Positions 12,673-25,158 of a stretch of 64,000 bases of DNA are shown in pieces. The notes beneath the pieces are model-generated. The model made no database searches, was not told the DNA's origin, and worked only from the letters and a program-made list of their open reading frames with translations. The position numbers and the translations under genes were made by a program. Within the stretch, counting starts at the first letter, position 1. Every line of letters begins with the position of its first letter. This DNA is from Vermamoeba vermiformis. Lineage: Eukaryota. Location: the NCBI GenBank assembly GCA_045837725.1, contig JBEWZL010000243.1, forward strand, positions 248,001 to 312,000, written 5' to 3'.

Positions 12673-13967
12673 CGGACCGTCCGCCGACCATACATCATAG
12701 AGTATGAAGATTTTAACAAGATTTCTATATGCCATGTATATGATTAAGCATATCCCTTCATTATAACAAGGTTTGCCACCATACTGGACAAAGTTACAAC
12801 ATAAAAAAGTATAGATGATTCAAAATTTTTTTCATAGCTAGGTGACAATGCATTGTAGCCAAAGTTCAGGTTTGCATAAAATACATATAGATGTGTTGTA
12901 CCAAACATGTGCTGGTGGGTGGGTTTATACTTAACGCTTAAAATTTACAAATTGCTGCCACTACAATATCTTTGATGATTACTTATATTTTCATGTTAGA
13001 TAGTGATACATCTAGGTGTTCCCAAAGTTTCAATGGTATTGCAGCCAATAGAACAAAGTTCTAGTACATAAGTTCTTTGAAGAACATTGCCATTTTCAGC
13101 CTCTGGCGTTTAGTCCAAAGCCTCCTGATGCCAACAGTAGGCTTCTTGGGTCCACTGATGCTAATGGCCGAGTTTGGTATAAGTTGGTCAATTACTAACA
13201 TCAGCAGATGCAGCGACCACGGACGGACGAAAAATTTTGGCGGACAGGACGTCTGCCCTTGTCCAGGACATGAGACTTGTCTGGGCCAGATAACTTAGCT
13301 GGGCTGGACATCTCACCCTGGCTGGCTATGTCATCCATGCTGGATCCTCCTCACGAACTAAGGGTGGCAAAGTTTCGTATACAGCCTCCGCCAATGACAT
13401 TGTATGCTCCATGGACTGCATGTCTGCCAACCACATCATAGTACAAAGTTTACAATAAGATTTCTATATGCCATGTATGTGGTTAAGCATATCCCTTCAG
13501 TATAAAAAGGTTTGCCACCACTGACGTTCAACTGATCTCGCAGATTTTGATTGAAAATTTTTGGACAGTTAGGTGACAATGAATTGTAGCCAAAGTTCAG
13601 TGGTGCATAAAATACGTATCGTTGTGCTGTGCAAAGTATGTGCTGATGGATGGGTTCATATTAATGCGAAAATTTACAAATTGCTGTCACTACAATATCT
13701 ATGACGATTACCCATATTTTCTTGTTACATAGTGATAGTTCTAGGTATTTCCAAAGCTTAAATGGTATTGCAGTGCGTAGAACAAAGTTCTAGTACTTAA
13801 GTTCTTTGCAGAACAATGACATTTTCACCCTCCAGCGCTTAGCCCAAAGCCTCCTGATGCCAATAGTAGCCCTTCTTGGGTCCTCTGGTACTAATGGCAA
13901 AGTTTGGTGTAAGTTGGTCAATTACTAACATCAGCGGACGCAGTGACCCCGGACAAAAAACTTTTGG
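12673..13967. repeat. Diverged direct repeat, two copies of ~560 bp (~12673-13240 and ~13412-13967), probably a second non-autonomous element family
   Basis: Colinear shared blocks include AGATTTCTATATGCCATGTAT, GTAGCCAAAGTTCAG, AAAATTTACAAATTGCTG, AGAACAAAGTTCTAGTAC and TAAGTTGGTCAATTACTAACATCAGC. Short imperfect inverted ends: GACGTCCTGTC at ~12639 and GACAGGACGTC at ~13243. Confidence 0.85.
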
Positions 13968-14573
13968 ATGAGATGTCCACCATGAAGTAAATTCTGTTTG
14001 CTCCAGTAGGTAGAGCACAAGTTATGCAGGCCAGCCAATATGGCCAGGCCTGGTTGACCCAATTGAATCTTCCAGTTGGGTGGGAGGAGTTTTTCTAAAG
14101 CAGGATCTTCACTGCTAATCCTTGAGACATGCTTAGACGATAAGGTAAACGCATTACATGGTTAGTGGTACACCAATAATGTAATTCAAGGTTGCAATCG
14201 GACTCAAACTAGGAATTAGGATTCCCCCAAGCTTGGGAAATTCTATTCTCTGCGGACACAAGTTTGACAAATAGGTTGGGTTGACCTCCATCTTCAGAAG
14301 CATAGGGACGGAATCATGTCAGTTCATAAATTCCCATTACATCAGAAATGGAAGTTTAATACAAGGACCTGGGAGTGGTCCTCATGTGGAACATGAATCC
14401 TTGCTCAGATACCCAAAAGTGTCAGTAATCATAGCACATGCTCCACCCTACTACTAGCAGCCCAATATGGCTCTAGTACGGTACACTCGTATTAGCTATC
14501 CCAGCCAATCCTTCAATTTATAAATATACCCGCTAAGATTCATTTACTTGTGTATGTACAACTGTTGCATCAA

Positions 14574-15239
14574 TTACTTTTTGACCAACTCCTCGCCCAT
14601 TCGTTGCTGCATATGACACGTTAAATCGCATTCAACAGCGGCAGTCCAGTACGTACCAGCTTGTCTTGTTCGCGCAGCACATAAGCGCGGTACACCTCCG
14701 GCGAAGAGAGTTGACGCGTGCAAATCATTTGCGGAATTAAATTGCCCACAAAGCTGCCTGCAAGAGCCGTGCCTGTGATCGCGGTGAGTTACACGTACTG
14801 GATTGTTATTGGCATGATTGGCATGATTGGCTTACCTGTCAAGAAGAAAAATCGTGCCAACCCTCCCCTGTCTGTACGCGTGTTAAAACAAGGAAATATG
14901 CGTGTAATGCACTTACATATCCATGCATTTGAATTGTCGATGTACTTCTTTCCTCCGTAGCCAGCAAGGATTGCACCTCCAACTAAATAATTTCAATGTC
15001 AGATCCAAAATAATAAAATAATTTCAAAAATAATAAATGTGCAAAAAATACGCACAAAATCCAGCCATAGAATAGTTGAAGCACTTCTTTAAAACAATTT
15101 CATCCTGTGGAGTGATCACTACACGTCTGTACGCGTCTTCACGCGCGGTGATCTCATTGCGCGCTTGTTTGGCTTGTTCCAGTGCGCGCGAGAAGTAGCT
15201 GTCCTTATCAACCGTATTCTTATTGTCTGTGGTGCTCAT
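14574..15239 (-). CDS. Small hypothetical membrane protein, ~5 exons
   Basis: Spliced ORF MSTTDNKNTVDK...KCFNYSMAGF-LVGGAILAGYGG...ARFFFLT-AITGTALAGSFVGNL...QRMGEELVKK. Two hydrophobic Gly-rich stretches; GT-AG introns; no family recognised. Confidence 0.65.
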
Positions 15240-15420
15240 GATGGGTGTGGTGAGGCTATGCAGCTCTCGCGCCGCGCTGACTTCATTGCCAGCACGTGAC
15301 TTGAAATCTCCCTCGCAGCCCTGGTGGGATCTGCTTCACGCGTGGACGGCAATAAATAACATGGCTACTAGTAGATTAGATTATCGATCAGTTCTGCAGT
15401 GAGCACCACGGCTAACAAAC

Positions 15421-16646
15421 ATGGTAAGCCCACACAGCGCATCCGATACCACATGCCCCCCTAATGCCAGTCCCTAGCGTGCCTTTCAAAAGTTCGCGAC
15501 GCAGCACGACGACTTCATCCACGATCTGTCGTACGACTTCTACGGCAAGCGACTAGCGACCTGCTCCTCCGATCAGAAGATCAAGGTGTGGGACTTGAAT
15601 GACCGCAACGAGTGGGTGCTCAGCGCGGAGTGGAAGGCGCATGCAGGGTCTATATGGAAAGTAGAATGGGCCCATCCAGAATTCGGTCAGATCCTCGCTT
15701 CGTGTTCTTTCGATCGTACCGTGTGCATCTGGGAGGAGCAAGAAGGTGCGTATTATAGTTACTCTCTATTAGATATTACGCAATTTTAGGCACATTTATG
15801 AGGGATAATTGAACAGTTCAAAGCGAGTTCACAGCGGATCTCTATATTATTCAATATTTTTCAAACTTGTTCAAGTCAAAGCACCAACTCCAGCTCTAAT
15901 CGCATGCTATATATTCAGATATTGATGGCAGTGCTAAGTGGCAGTTGAAAGCAACACTATTGGACAGCAAAGGATCGGTGCAAGACGTCAAATTCGCGCC
16001 GCGTCACTTGGGCTTGAAACTCGCTACGTGCAGCACCGATGGCATTGTGCGCATATACGAAGCGATTGACGTGACGAATCTGTCGCACTGGTCCCTCATG
16101 GAGGAGTTCGAGGCACAGAAAGGCACATCCGTGTGCGCCATCAATGCCGTGGCGTGGAACCCCTCGCCGTTCGAGAAGCCGATGCTGGTGGTGGGCACTG
16201 ACGACAGCAGCGTGAAGATCTGGGAGTACAACGAGCTGCAACGCCGCTGGGTCACGATTGAGACGCTGCAGGGCCACAAAGGTCCGATCCACGACGTCGA
16301 TTGGGCGCCGAATGTGGGACGCAGCTACTATCTGCTCGCCACGGCCTCCAAGGACTGCACGGTGCGCATCTGGCAGCTGGAGAGCAAGACGAGTGACGCG
16401 AAGAGCAGCGGTGAAGTCAAAGCGCAACAGACCGCGAGCAGCAGCGTGTTGAGTGTGGTGAATGTGTGGCCCCTGGACGCGCACAAGAGCGAGGTGTGGC
16501 GCGTGGAGTGGAACATGACTGGCACCGTGCTGGCCTCGAGCGGGGACGATGGCACTGTCCATTTATGGAAGTCACTCACCGTGCCCTCGGGCAATCAACT
16601 CACGCAGCAGTGGGTCACACTGGCTGCCATCAACACCAACAGCTAA
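15421..16646 (+). CDS. SEH1: Nucleoporin SEH1 (WD40; Nup107-160 complex and GATOR2/SEACAT)
   Basis: [101 protein letters not shown]. First coding exon is ATG only. Confidence 0.93.
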
Positions 16647-16737
16647 ATATAGACTCGGCTAAATATAGCACATGTACAGTTATGAACACCAGTAAATCAC
16701 GCCTATTCCTATGTACAAGCATTTATTGTCAGACGGA

Positions 16738-18045
16738 TCACGGATAATAGGGCGGATCTGCACTGAACTCTGTCGCTGCGCCACTGCTGTTGTAAGTAGT
16801 GCCCGTGCCAGGTGCCAGCATGTCTTCATAGCCCGTGTAGGACTCGTATGAATAGAGGGGCAGCGGATTGGGGGCAGCGTCGTCACTCGGATTGGGATTG
16901 AAATAAATGTCGAACGGATCTGTCTTGTTAGTATTGCCGTTATTCATCGCGAGCTCATCCTCGAGATTGGTCACGTGACTGGCGCTGAGATCACTCGCAG
17001 TCTGCATCACAATTGCTTTCACTGCGCGCTCTGAGTCTGCACCACTCGGCAGTGTCGTGTACATCTGCTGCATCTTCAGTTTGACACGTGTCAACATGTC
17101 ACTGCGGTGTTTGCACTCGTTCAACTGTCGCTCCAACAGCTGTCTGTGCTCTTCTTGTCGCTGCAGTGCCTCGCGCAACAAGCCCATCAGTCTGTGCTGC
17201 ACTTCCATCGCGCGCTCAGTGCTCGCCGTGCACTCGTCGCACACCTTCATGCTGCTGTCCACGTCACGTGCTGCTGTCTCCAGCTCTTCTCTGGTGCGCA
17301 GTTGTGCCATCACCGCGCCGTTCAGTAATTCCGCACGCACTGTAGCACGTGACTCGGTACTCAGTGCCGCACGACGCAATTGTTCCGCTTGTTGCCACGT
17401 GTCATTCAGCCGTTCCCGCTCAGTGGTGACAGGTGTCACAGCTGTGTCCGTGCTGGTGAGTCGCAGTTTGAGGTCGTCAATCACACTGCTGTCAAATATC
17501 TTGCGCTCACTCCAAATCGACAGCAGGCGTTGAATGGACTGCAAGATCTTGTTGCTCGCTTCGGTGTTGGCGCGGCGTGCGAGGCGTGAGGTGCTTTGAA
17601 AGGCCTCGGGCAGTACACGCACGAACTCTTGCACGAATTCCGCGCCTTTCTTGCGACTGCTTTGAATCACGTGATTTGCCAAATATAGAAACACTAACCT
17701 CCGATCCAATTGTACTGCAAGAAGTTGAATTATAATGTGCTTTTATTCGCTTGATATTTAAAGGCCATAGCAATTATAATACCAAGTGCGCAACAAATCA
17801 CGCGAGCAAATAAATAATTAATTAAAATAATAATTACCTAAATTTTTAAATTCATTTGCCCACACTTCTACGCACTGCTTAGCTCTTTTGCGATGAAACA
17901 TCATCCACATAGACAATCCTAAGCATTAATAATTAATTAATCAGCAGATCAGCACGGTACTGATTAGAATCGCACCTTCAATACTCTGCTGCGTCTCATT
18001 GAGCTTAGTCAACTTGTCTACGAGATCTTTGTTTGAAAAGGCCAT
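16738..18045 (-). CDS. CID-domain RNA polymerase II CTD-binding protein (RPRD1/Rtt103 family)
   Basis: MAFSNKDLVDKLTKLNETQQSIEGLSMWMMFHRKRA...RRLVFLYLANHVIQSSRKKG...RLLSIWSERKIF is a CID domain, followed by a coiled coil. Confidence 0.85.
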
Positions 18046-18413
18046 TGCGATATCTGTGCCGCTCAGTGCGTCACTGGAGAACGAATGAACACTGCGGCTG
18101 AGGAATTGCTTGGGAGTGGTTATAAATATATTTTAGGGCCGCTAAGGAAGCCCTCTAATATAATCACTACAGTACACCGAAGCCACCAGTGCTCTGTCGG
18201 TCATGCAACAACAATGCAACAGCCATGCAGAGTTTACTGTCCCAATTCTCAGAAAACGCTGTTTATTATTGTTGGGCACTGTCTCTAACAAGGCTTCATA
18301 ATCAACTGAACTTAAAAGCGCAATACGAGTGCTCTGGCTAGTGTTTTCAGCCCTTCCTGACTCGCTGCGTGACATCATCCCATCCTTATACCAAATTAGG
18401 CAATGTGAGTTGT

Positions 18414-21400
18414 TCAGAGTCCAGCGATCACGTGCTCGAGCAGTTCAGCGGTGAGTGCTGATTGGTCCGTTGTAACGCGTTCAATGCCATCGAACAGTGC
18501 CATCAACTTGCCCACAATTGGTGCCGCGAGTGTGGCGTAGTTGCCGTTGGTGCTATTAATAGACCAGGTCAGCAGACCCGTCGCGTCCCACACGATGAAC
18601 AGTGCGCCAGAGCGGTGCACGAGTCGGTCGCGCGAGGTCTGATAGGCCACAAAGTCGAGTCGTGCCAGTGCGTGCAGGACCAGCGCGGAGAATTCGCCGT
18701 TCTGTGGTGGCACAGTGACACGTCGTCGGTGCGTGGCGGTGAGTGGTGCCGCGCTCTTGCTGACCGTGGAACAGAACTCCGAGGGCACTTGGTGGCACAG
18801 CAGATTGTTGCTCTTGGCGCGTCGTGTGAGCTGCGTGATCCAATCCGCGACCAGACTGCCCGTGCTGACCAGCCACTGCAGCTGCAGCTCGTACACGCGC
18901 TCGGCATCGAACACCGTGTCGTACACCAAGTGCATCCACTCGTAGCGATCTGTCTTCGCGCGGTCCAGTTCAATGCGCACGGTGCGCTTCTGCACTGGCG
19001 GATCACGTGACACCGGTGAGGTGGCTGGCACATTGCCACTCGTGTAATCGGAGATGATTGTCGGCTGCTGACGTGTCAAAATTGGAATTTCATCCTGGTC
19101 ACGTGATTGGCGCTTGTCGTTGGACTTGGCACCCACCAATTTCTTTAAATGGAAGTTAGTGCGTGATTACCATACTAGGCAAGTACATACCGCAATCAGA
19201 TCGTAGTTCAGACTGTACACAAAAGGACCGTCTTGAAACGTGTCAGAGCCAGTGATGGGCACGAAGATCGATCGATCGACCAGGGCTTGACAGTACTGAA
19301 TGGCCTCGAGTCGAGTCATGCGTTCACTGAACTGCACGGGGGCGGTGACAGTGGGAGACTTGTCGTCAGGTGTCATACTCTGACCTCCGCTGCCTGTCAC
19401 TTGATAGGTGCGTGACACGAGCCAGTCAACGGCCTCGCTCGCTGTCGGAGTACAGTGAGTGACACGTGTCATTCGGAGACTAGTCGCGCACTACGTACCC
19501 ACAAAGCCCATGGTCTTATTGCCATTTATGGTGCGCTCTTTCACTGCCAGTCCCTGCGCATTGGTGCTGCTCATCACTGCCAACATCTCAGCCTCCTGCA
19601 AATGACACGTGTCAGCGGTCGAGTGGCACAAGCGAGCACGTGACTTACATTGTTGATGTCCAGGGGCAGCGGCTCTTTATTCGCCCTGTCGCTGAGAGGA
19701 CTCTGTGCCGCACTGCCAGTGCCAGGTGCCACCAAGGGCTCGCGCACCGTGACGAGCAAGTGCTTGACATCGTCGTCGAGCATCTTGTTGTTCACCGCCA
19801 CGCGCGCAGCAATCAGCTCTTTGATCTTCACGAAGCCGTTGATGGCCTCGCGCGCAGACTTGCAGCTGTCCGCAGGCACGAGAATGAGATTGATGGACCA
19901 GTACTTGATGGACTCGATCAGTGCGCTGTAGTAGCCGCACACCAGCTGATCGGCGTAGTTCCAGTTGTAGGCAGCGCTGCTCTGGTGATAAATGTCGAGA
20001 TCTTTCTGCACGTAGCGCTGTTCAAACTCGTGCCAGAGACAGTACTTGTAGGGGAACACTTTGCTGGTCTGTTGGTGCTGCTTCTGCTGGTAGCGCTTGA
20101 CTTCAATGTTGTGCGAGCCCGTCGGATCGTAGGTCAGTTTGTGGAAGTACTGGCCGCGACTCAGATAGCAGGTGACAATCGTCTTGCTGCTCGATGTCGT
20201 CACATTCATGCCTGAAGTCCACGGTGCCAGGCCCGCACTGGTGCTCGCTGCTGCACCCTCTGCAGGGGGGAGGGCGAGCTGATAGCCACGCGAGAGACGC
20301 TGCGAGATGAGCTCTTTGAGCAGTTCATCGGTGTTGTTCTGATACACATTGTCGTCGGGCAGCAGTGCCAAGGTGTGCGGGTACTCGACAAACTGTTTGT
20401 TGCTGTGCGGTGAGTTAAGGAGTTATATGAACAAGTGAGTGCTAAATATAGCTACACAATAGCGTGCAAAGGATACAGTTCTGCAGTGCTCGGGAAGTAG
20501 TCGCTGGTGAGGGGCAGCGAGGCAGGCTCGGTGAGGGACTTCCAGTGCGGTCCATTCGGATCTGTTTCAATGAACTCATTGGCAGCGGAGGTGCGTGTGA
20601 ACAGATGTGCCCAGCGACGACGTGTGCTCGAGGGCTTGGGCGGCACATATTCGTAGTTGAACGGATTCATCGGTCTGCGCGCTGCACTGGTCGCGAGGGG
20701 TGGCAGCACGAGTCCCGCATTCGTGTTGAGACTCTTCTTGCTGAGCGAGTTCGAACTCGGTCCCACCGATGCAGGCCCTGGTGTGTTGACGGACATCTCG
20801 CTCGTCACGCTGTTCGCCACACTGTTCACCTCGCTGCTCGTCACATTCACGGCGGGTGTGCTCGGCATGGCACGACGGCGCGAGGGCTGTGCAATGGGTT
20901 GACTGGCACGCGCGGCCTTGCTGACACCAGCACTCGGTGTGCGCGGGGGCCAATCACTGCCACCCTGCGAAGGTGTGCGTCGTCTGGCACGCAACAACTG
21001 CGCGCTGTGTCGTGACTGCAAGCCCTGTGCTGAAGAGGTGACACCCACATTGACGAATGTCTGCAGCTTGTTGTCCCACTTCTCGCTGCTGTTCGAGGCT
21101 GCAGTGGGCGTGAATGAGCCGAGCAGTGTCATGTCGTTGGGGCCTGACACAAACACCGTGTCGTCGTACTCCTCGAACTGCGACAAGCGACGCAAGTCAA
21201 ACGGATTGTCGTGTCGCATGCTCTTGGGCAGTGTCCAGTGCGTGGCCTCGCTGTGCTGATCTGCGACTGGAGAGATGTTAGTCGTGTAGCGCATATTCAC
21301 GTGTGACGTACTCGTGCGGTACTGCAGTTCAGGCATGCGCGCACAGGCCACAAACGAGTGCGCAGTGCTGTGCGGGGCCGTGTGATGCGCGTCACGGTGT

Positions 21401-22925
21401 ATCTTCCAGTCAAAGAAGAACAAGTAGATCCAATGCGCCAAGCTGTACTCGCCGTGCTGCAGCTTAGTGAGGTGATTGGGTCGCGGTGAGACAGCATCGA
21501 GCATGTGTGCGGGGGGTGTGATCAGACGGAACAGCGGCACCATGTGCAGCGGGGGCTTCTGTTGCAGCGAGACCATGTCACAGCCAATGCCGTGATCGAC
21601 CATGCGCTGCTTGATCTGCTTGGCGAAGGAGAGATTCTGCACGTCAATCACACCCGAGCCTGCCGTCACAATCACGAGCGACTGACCGGTGCGCGTGAGA
21701 TCGCGATCTTGGTATTGCTGTCCGCAGTGCCAGTGTCAGTACGCGAGTGACTTTACAACAGTGATGCAGTGACGTACCTTGTCAAATGCTGCGAGTGCGA
21801 GACTGATGGACTCGAGGATGTTGCCCTCGCTGCTCGACGAGTTCTGTCCGCCCACTGCACGGCTGTGTTCACCGCTCTGATACGGAGCTCGCCAGTGCAC
21901 GTGCTCGGGGTACTCGATGAACTTCTTCTTGAGGGCAGCAATCGACTTGTCCCAGTCCCCGCGCATGTCATCGTACACCACCGTGAAGAAGTCCTGGTAC
22001 TTGCGTCCATCGGGATAGCTCTGCAGCTGCTCGCTCGGTATGCCCAACTGTTCGCAGCTCTTCTCACTCGCGTAGAATGTGCGCGAGAAGAGCACCAGCG
22101 AGACTGAGTGCGTGGCTTCCATGGCCTGCCACTTGCGATAGAGCACGGGCAAGAAGTGATTGGCTGCCTTCTCAAAGTACAGTTCACCGTCCTCGGCAAA
22201 GTCCCACATCTCCCTGCTCATCTGTATGAACACCACAATGCGTGCTGAGCGCGAGCGGAAGATGAATTTGCTCGACTCGGCAATGTAGCCCGAGTGCTGC
22301 GACTGACCGCTCGTTTGCAGATCTTTCACCACCGCCTGTGTGCGTGAGTGAGACTAGTCGCGCAGTGTATATATGCAATGTCTTACTCGCATGCCAGCAA
22401 ATGTGATGGTCTTGTTGAGATAGACGCAGCTGTTGACCAAGTGCTGCTTCAAGCGCCACATGTCACTGCGACTGATGAACTGGTCCTTGAACGACAGCTC
22501 CACGAACTCCACCGTCACACTCTCGCGCTTCACCACCGACACCATCACATTGTTCCACGAGGAGTGCTCGAGGATGCCTGCTATGTTCTCGCGCACACTG
22601 ATTTGTAAATTGGCTGGAAAAGGATTAGCGGATCTGGATCCGAATTTTAAATAGTTCAATAACCCACGGAAAAATTAATAATTCCTCAATGTTGAATGGT
22701 TCGAAAATAATTACCTTTGACTGACGTGATAGATCCCACTTGTAAAATAAGTTTCTTGTCTGGGTTTTCCGGACGATATATCTCCAATATGTCGCCAATT
22801 TTGAGACCAGGAAAATAGTCGGGATTAATTACCAACTCCTCCTGGCTGAAGTTGAGTGGATGGAACCAGAGCTTGAATGACTTGCGGTCCTTCTTCTGAG
22901 TAGGGACCTCTGATGATTTATTCAT
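18414..22925 (-). CDS. DEPDC5: GATOR1 subunit DEPDC5 / Iml1, multi-exon
   Basis: FIFRSRSARIVVFIQMSREMWDFAEDGELYFEKA, GNILESISLA, RRRWAHLF, WKSLTEPASLPLTSDYFP, ELISQRLSRGYQL, YNWNYADQLVCG, DEP domain (EAVDWL), DRYEWMHLVYD. Confidence 0.93.
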
Positions 22926-23150
22926 TCGTCTCTATAGCTATATTGGGATTTTTAAATATGCATCTGATGTTCAATTGAGACAATAATTCGAAATGGTCCG
23001 TCATTGTACTCGTGCGTGACATGCTCAATGATCAAGCCTGATAAATATAAAACACACGCGCAGTATTCGCAACTATTGTTTATTCGCACGTCAGCTCCAC
23101 TTGGAGCAGACATTAATGCATACATACAAAATTTTATGAGCACATCCACA

Positions 23151-24367
23151 CTACTCGTCCAGTATTTCAGCATATTTGCCCTTTGATTGCTTGGCCTTGC
23201 GACTATTAACACGTTTCATCTCCAACTCTTCCAGGCCCAGCGTTGTAAAGTGTTGAGTGACATCCGGTTGCCACTCGGAGTGTCCAAAAGCGAGTCCCTT
23301 AGGAGCGAGATTGAACTGCAACATGAGGTCGTGACAATTGACCCCTGCGCGGCCCTCGAGATCTGTGCTGCTGATGCGCGGCAGAGCTGAGAAGTCAGTC
23401 TGTTGATTGAGCTGTTCGAACAGCACCATCACGTAGCGGTGCGCACCTGACTTCTTGGGGGGCAGAGGCGGCACGTAGTCGATCAATGTCTCACCGTTGT
23501 GCACTGCATTGCCGGGGATGTTGGCGCTGATCAATGTCCGTTAATTGTGGTGCACATCGCGCTGTTACAAGGAGTGAGCTACGTACACGAACCAATGCAC
23601 CCAACTGCGCGCGACAGGCTGAGTACGTGACGGGAAATCTGCGCAGAACAGTGAGCTAGCGACACATCTATAGGACTACCACATCATACGCACCAGGATC
23701 GACCATGACTAAAGTGTACCATCGATTGCCGCGCGCGTGATACTGCACTGAAGGCTTGGTGCTGGCCTGGATGCGTGTCAGATATTACACTAGTACGCGA
23801 ACAGCTCTTACTTGTGAAGGCTTGAATGTGTTTCCGCGAGATAATAACGTTCCTTCTGATAGTTCTACGATAAGATTGATGCGGGGTTTGAACGGTGGTA
23901 CCACATCTGGAAATACTTCGTGATAATTGGCCATTAATTCAGCCTATTGCGAATAAATATTAATTCAGGTAATAGATTGGGATTATTAAATATTTTTAGG
24001 ATTGGTTTTGACGTAGAATTTATAGTAATAAATTGTATTATTATTATTGGATCTGACGATTAAATTACTAGCTGTCACTAGTTTTGCGAACAGTATCGTC
24101 GCAAATGTATATCACCTTTTTATTAAATGAGCATGCTCGCCATTGTTCATTAGTGAGTTTCCTCTCATCGAGACGAACAACGGGTTTGGGTTCGAATCCA
24201 GGAATAATTCTCTCGACTGCTGTTTTAGTCTTCGCATTGACTGGTGTGGAGGGTGCGGGAGCAGAGCTCTTCTTCTCCTTGGCACTCGTTTGAACTGCAC
24301 GAGTCAAGGTAAATCCGCTGCGACTCGTCAAGCGCGAGGCAGAGCGACGACACAATAGTGCAAACAT
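23151..24367 (-). CDS. MRPL38: PEBP-domain mitoribosomal protein mL38
   Basis: Mitochondrial presequence MFALLCRRSASRLTSRSGF. PEBP motifs WYTLVMVDPDFP, HWFVANIPG, DYVPPLPPKKSGAHRYVMVLFEQ, PKGLAF..SEW. Confidence 0.75.
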
Positions 24368-24660
24368 GACTGGTCTCCTCTGACTGCAAGCATACAACAC
24401 TAATGCCTCACAGCTCCCACTCAACCCCATCGCTCTACCAGGGCCATCGATCACGTGCGCGCTGATTTTCATGTTTTGTGGCTCGATTTGCGCAATCACC
24501 CTTTGATAGAGCGAGCAGTAAACAACATATCGTTGATTCTATTTTCATTTCGGTCATTTGACCTTCGCCCACCACCTACTATCTTGGATCCTTAGCATCT
24601 TTCCCCGCGCCCTCCACGGCCCCTTCCAATAAAAACAAAAACAAAATCTAGAACCGAAGA

Positions 24661-25158
24661 ATGACTCAACTTTATTACCCACAATACCCCGTCAATTACC
24701 CGGCACCCAGCATCAAGTCCTCCTCTGAAATGGAAGAACTACTCATGCAGCTCCACCTCTCTTCGATGAAATTAGATTCAAATCAAAAACCTATTGTAAA
24801 TACCCAATCTGCCGTACAACCCAGCACAAGCCCTCGCTCACCAAGCAATGAATTTACTCGTTATGCCGGTGGGGCATTCGAGCAATCCCCAGACCCCGAA
24901 AACCTACCTCTGCCCTCGTTCATCAAGAAAAGACCGATGGAATTGTCCAAATCAGCCGATGCAGTTTCTGGCCCAACCTCGTTCTCGTCAGAAAGCTTGT
25001 CAGCTAGCGATGAAGAGCTCTCCGAGATTCCTCTCTCGCACAGCCAAACTCGTTCCCCCAGCCGCAGCAATCGTCGATCAAAGCGCGCTCAAAGTCCTTA
25101 CAAAGGGTACAACAGCCACAGCCCTGCACGATCCAACAAAAGTCAGCAACAGCATTGA
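24661..25158 (+). CDS. PNRC/Edc1-type mRNA decapping activator-like protein (intronless, disordered)
   Basis: RYAGGAFEQSPDPENLPLPSF matches the YAGxxF...SPxPxxLPxP motif; otherwise Ser/Pro-rich low complexity. Confidence 0.7.
   Translation: MTQLYYPQYPVNYPAPSIKSSSEMEELLMQLHLSSMKLDSNQKPIVNTQSAVQPSTSPRSPSNEFTRYAGGAFEQSPDPENLPLPSFIKKRPMELSKSADAVSGPTSFSSESLSASDEELSEIPLSHSQTRSPSRSNRRSKRAQSPYKGYNSHSPARSNKSQQQH

Larger units (their letters stand above)
11767..13337. repeat. 75-bp inverted repeat pair enclosing the MITE and the first long repeat copy
   Basis: 11767-11841 versus the reverse complement of 13263-13337: 70/75 identical by hand alignment. Confidence 0.85.

Noticed and set aside
11679-13298. 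Short ORFs in the repeat island as a possible transposase or cargo genes
   Set aside because: No DDE, RT, tyrosine-recombinase or HUH motifs. The shared peptide CKELLFVLG simply reflects the TIR.
18065-18390. RNase P/MRP RNA (GGAAGGGCTGA resembles CR-I and can pair with TCAGCC)
   Set aside because: No room for P2/P3 before the CR-I-like word, CR-V is poorly matched, and the 3' partner overlaps the RPRD1-like promoter/5' UTR.
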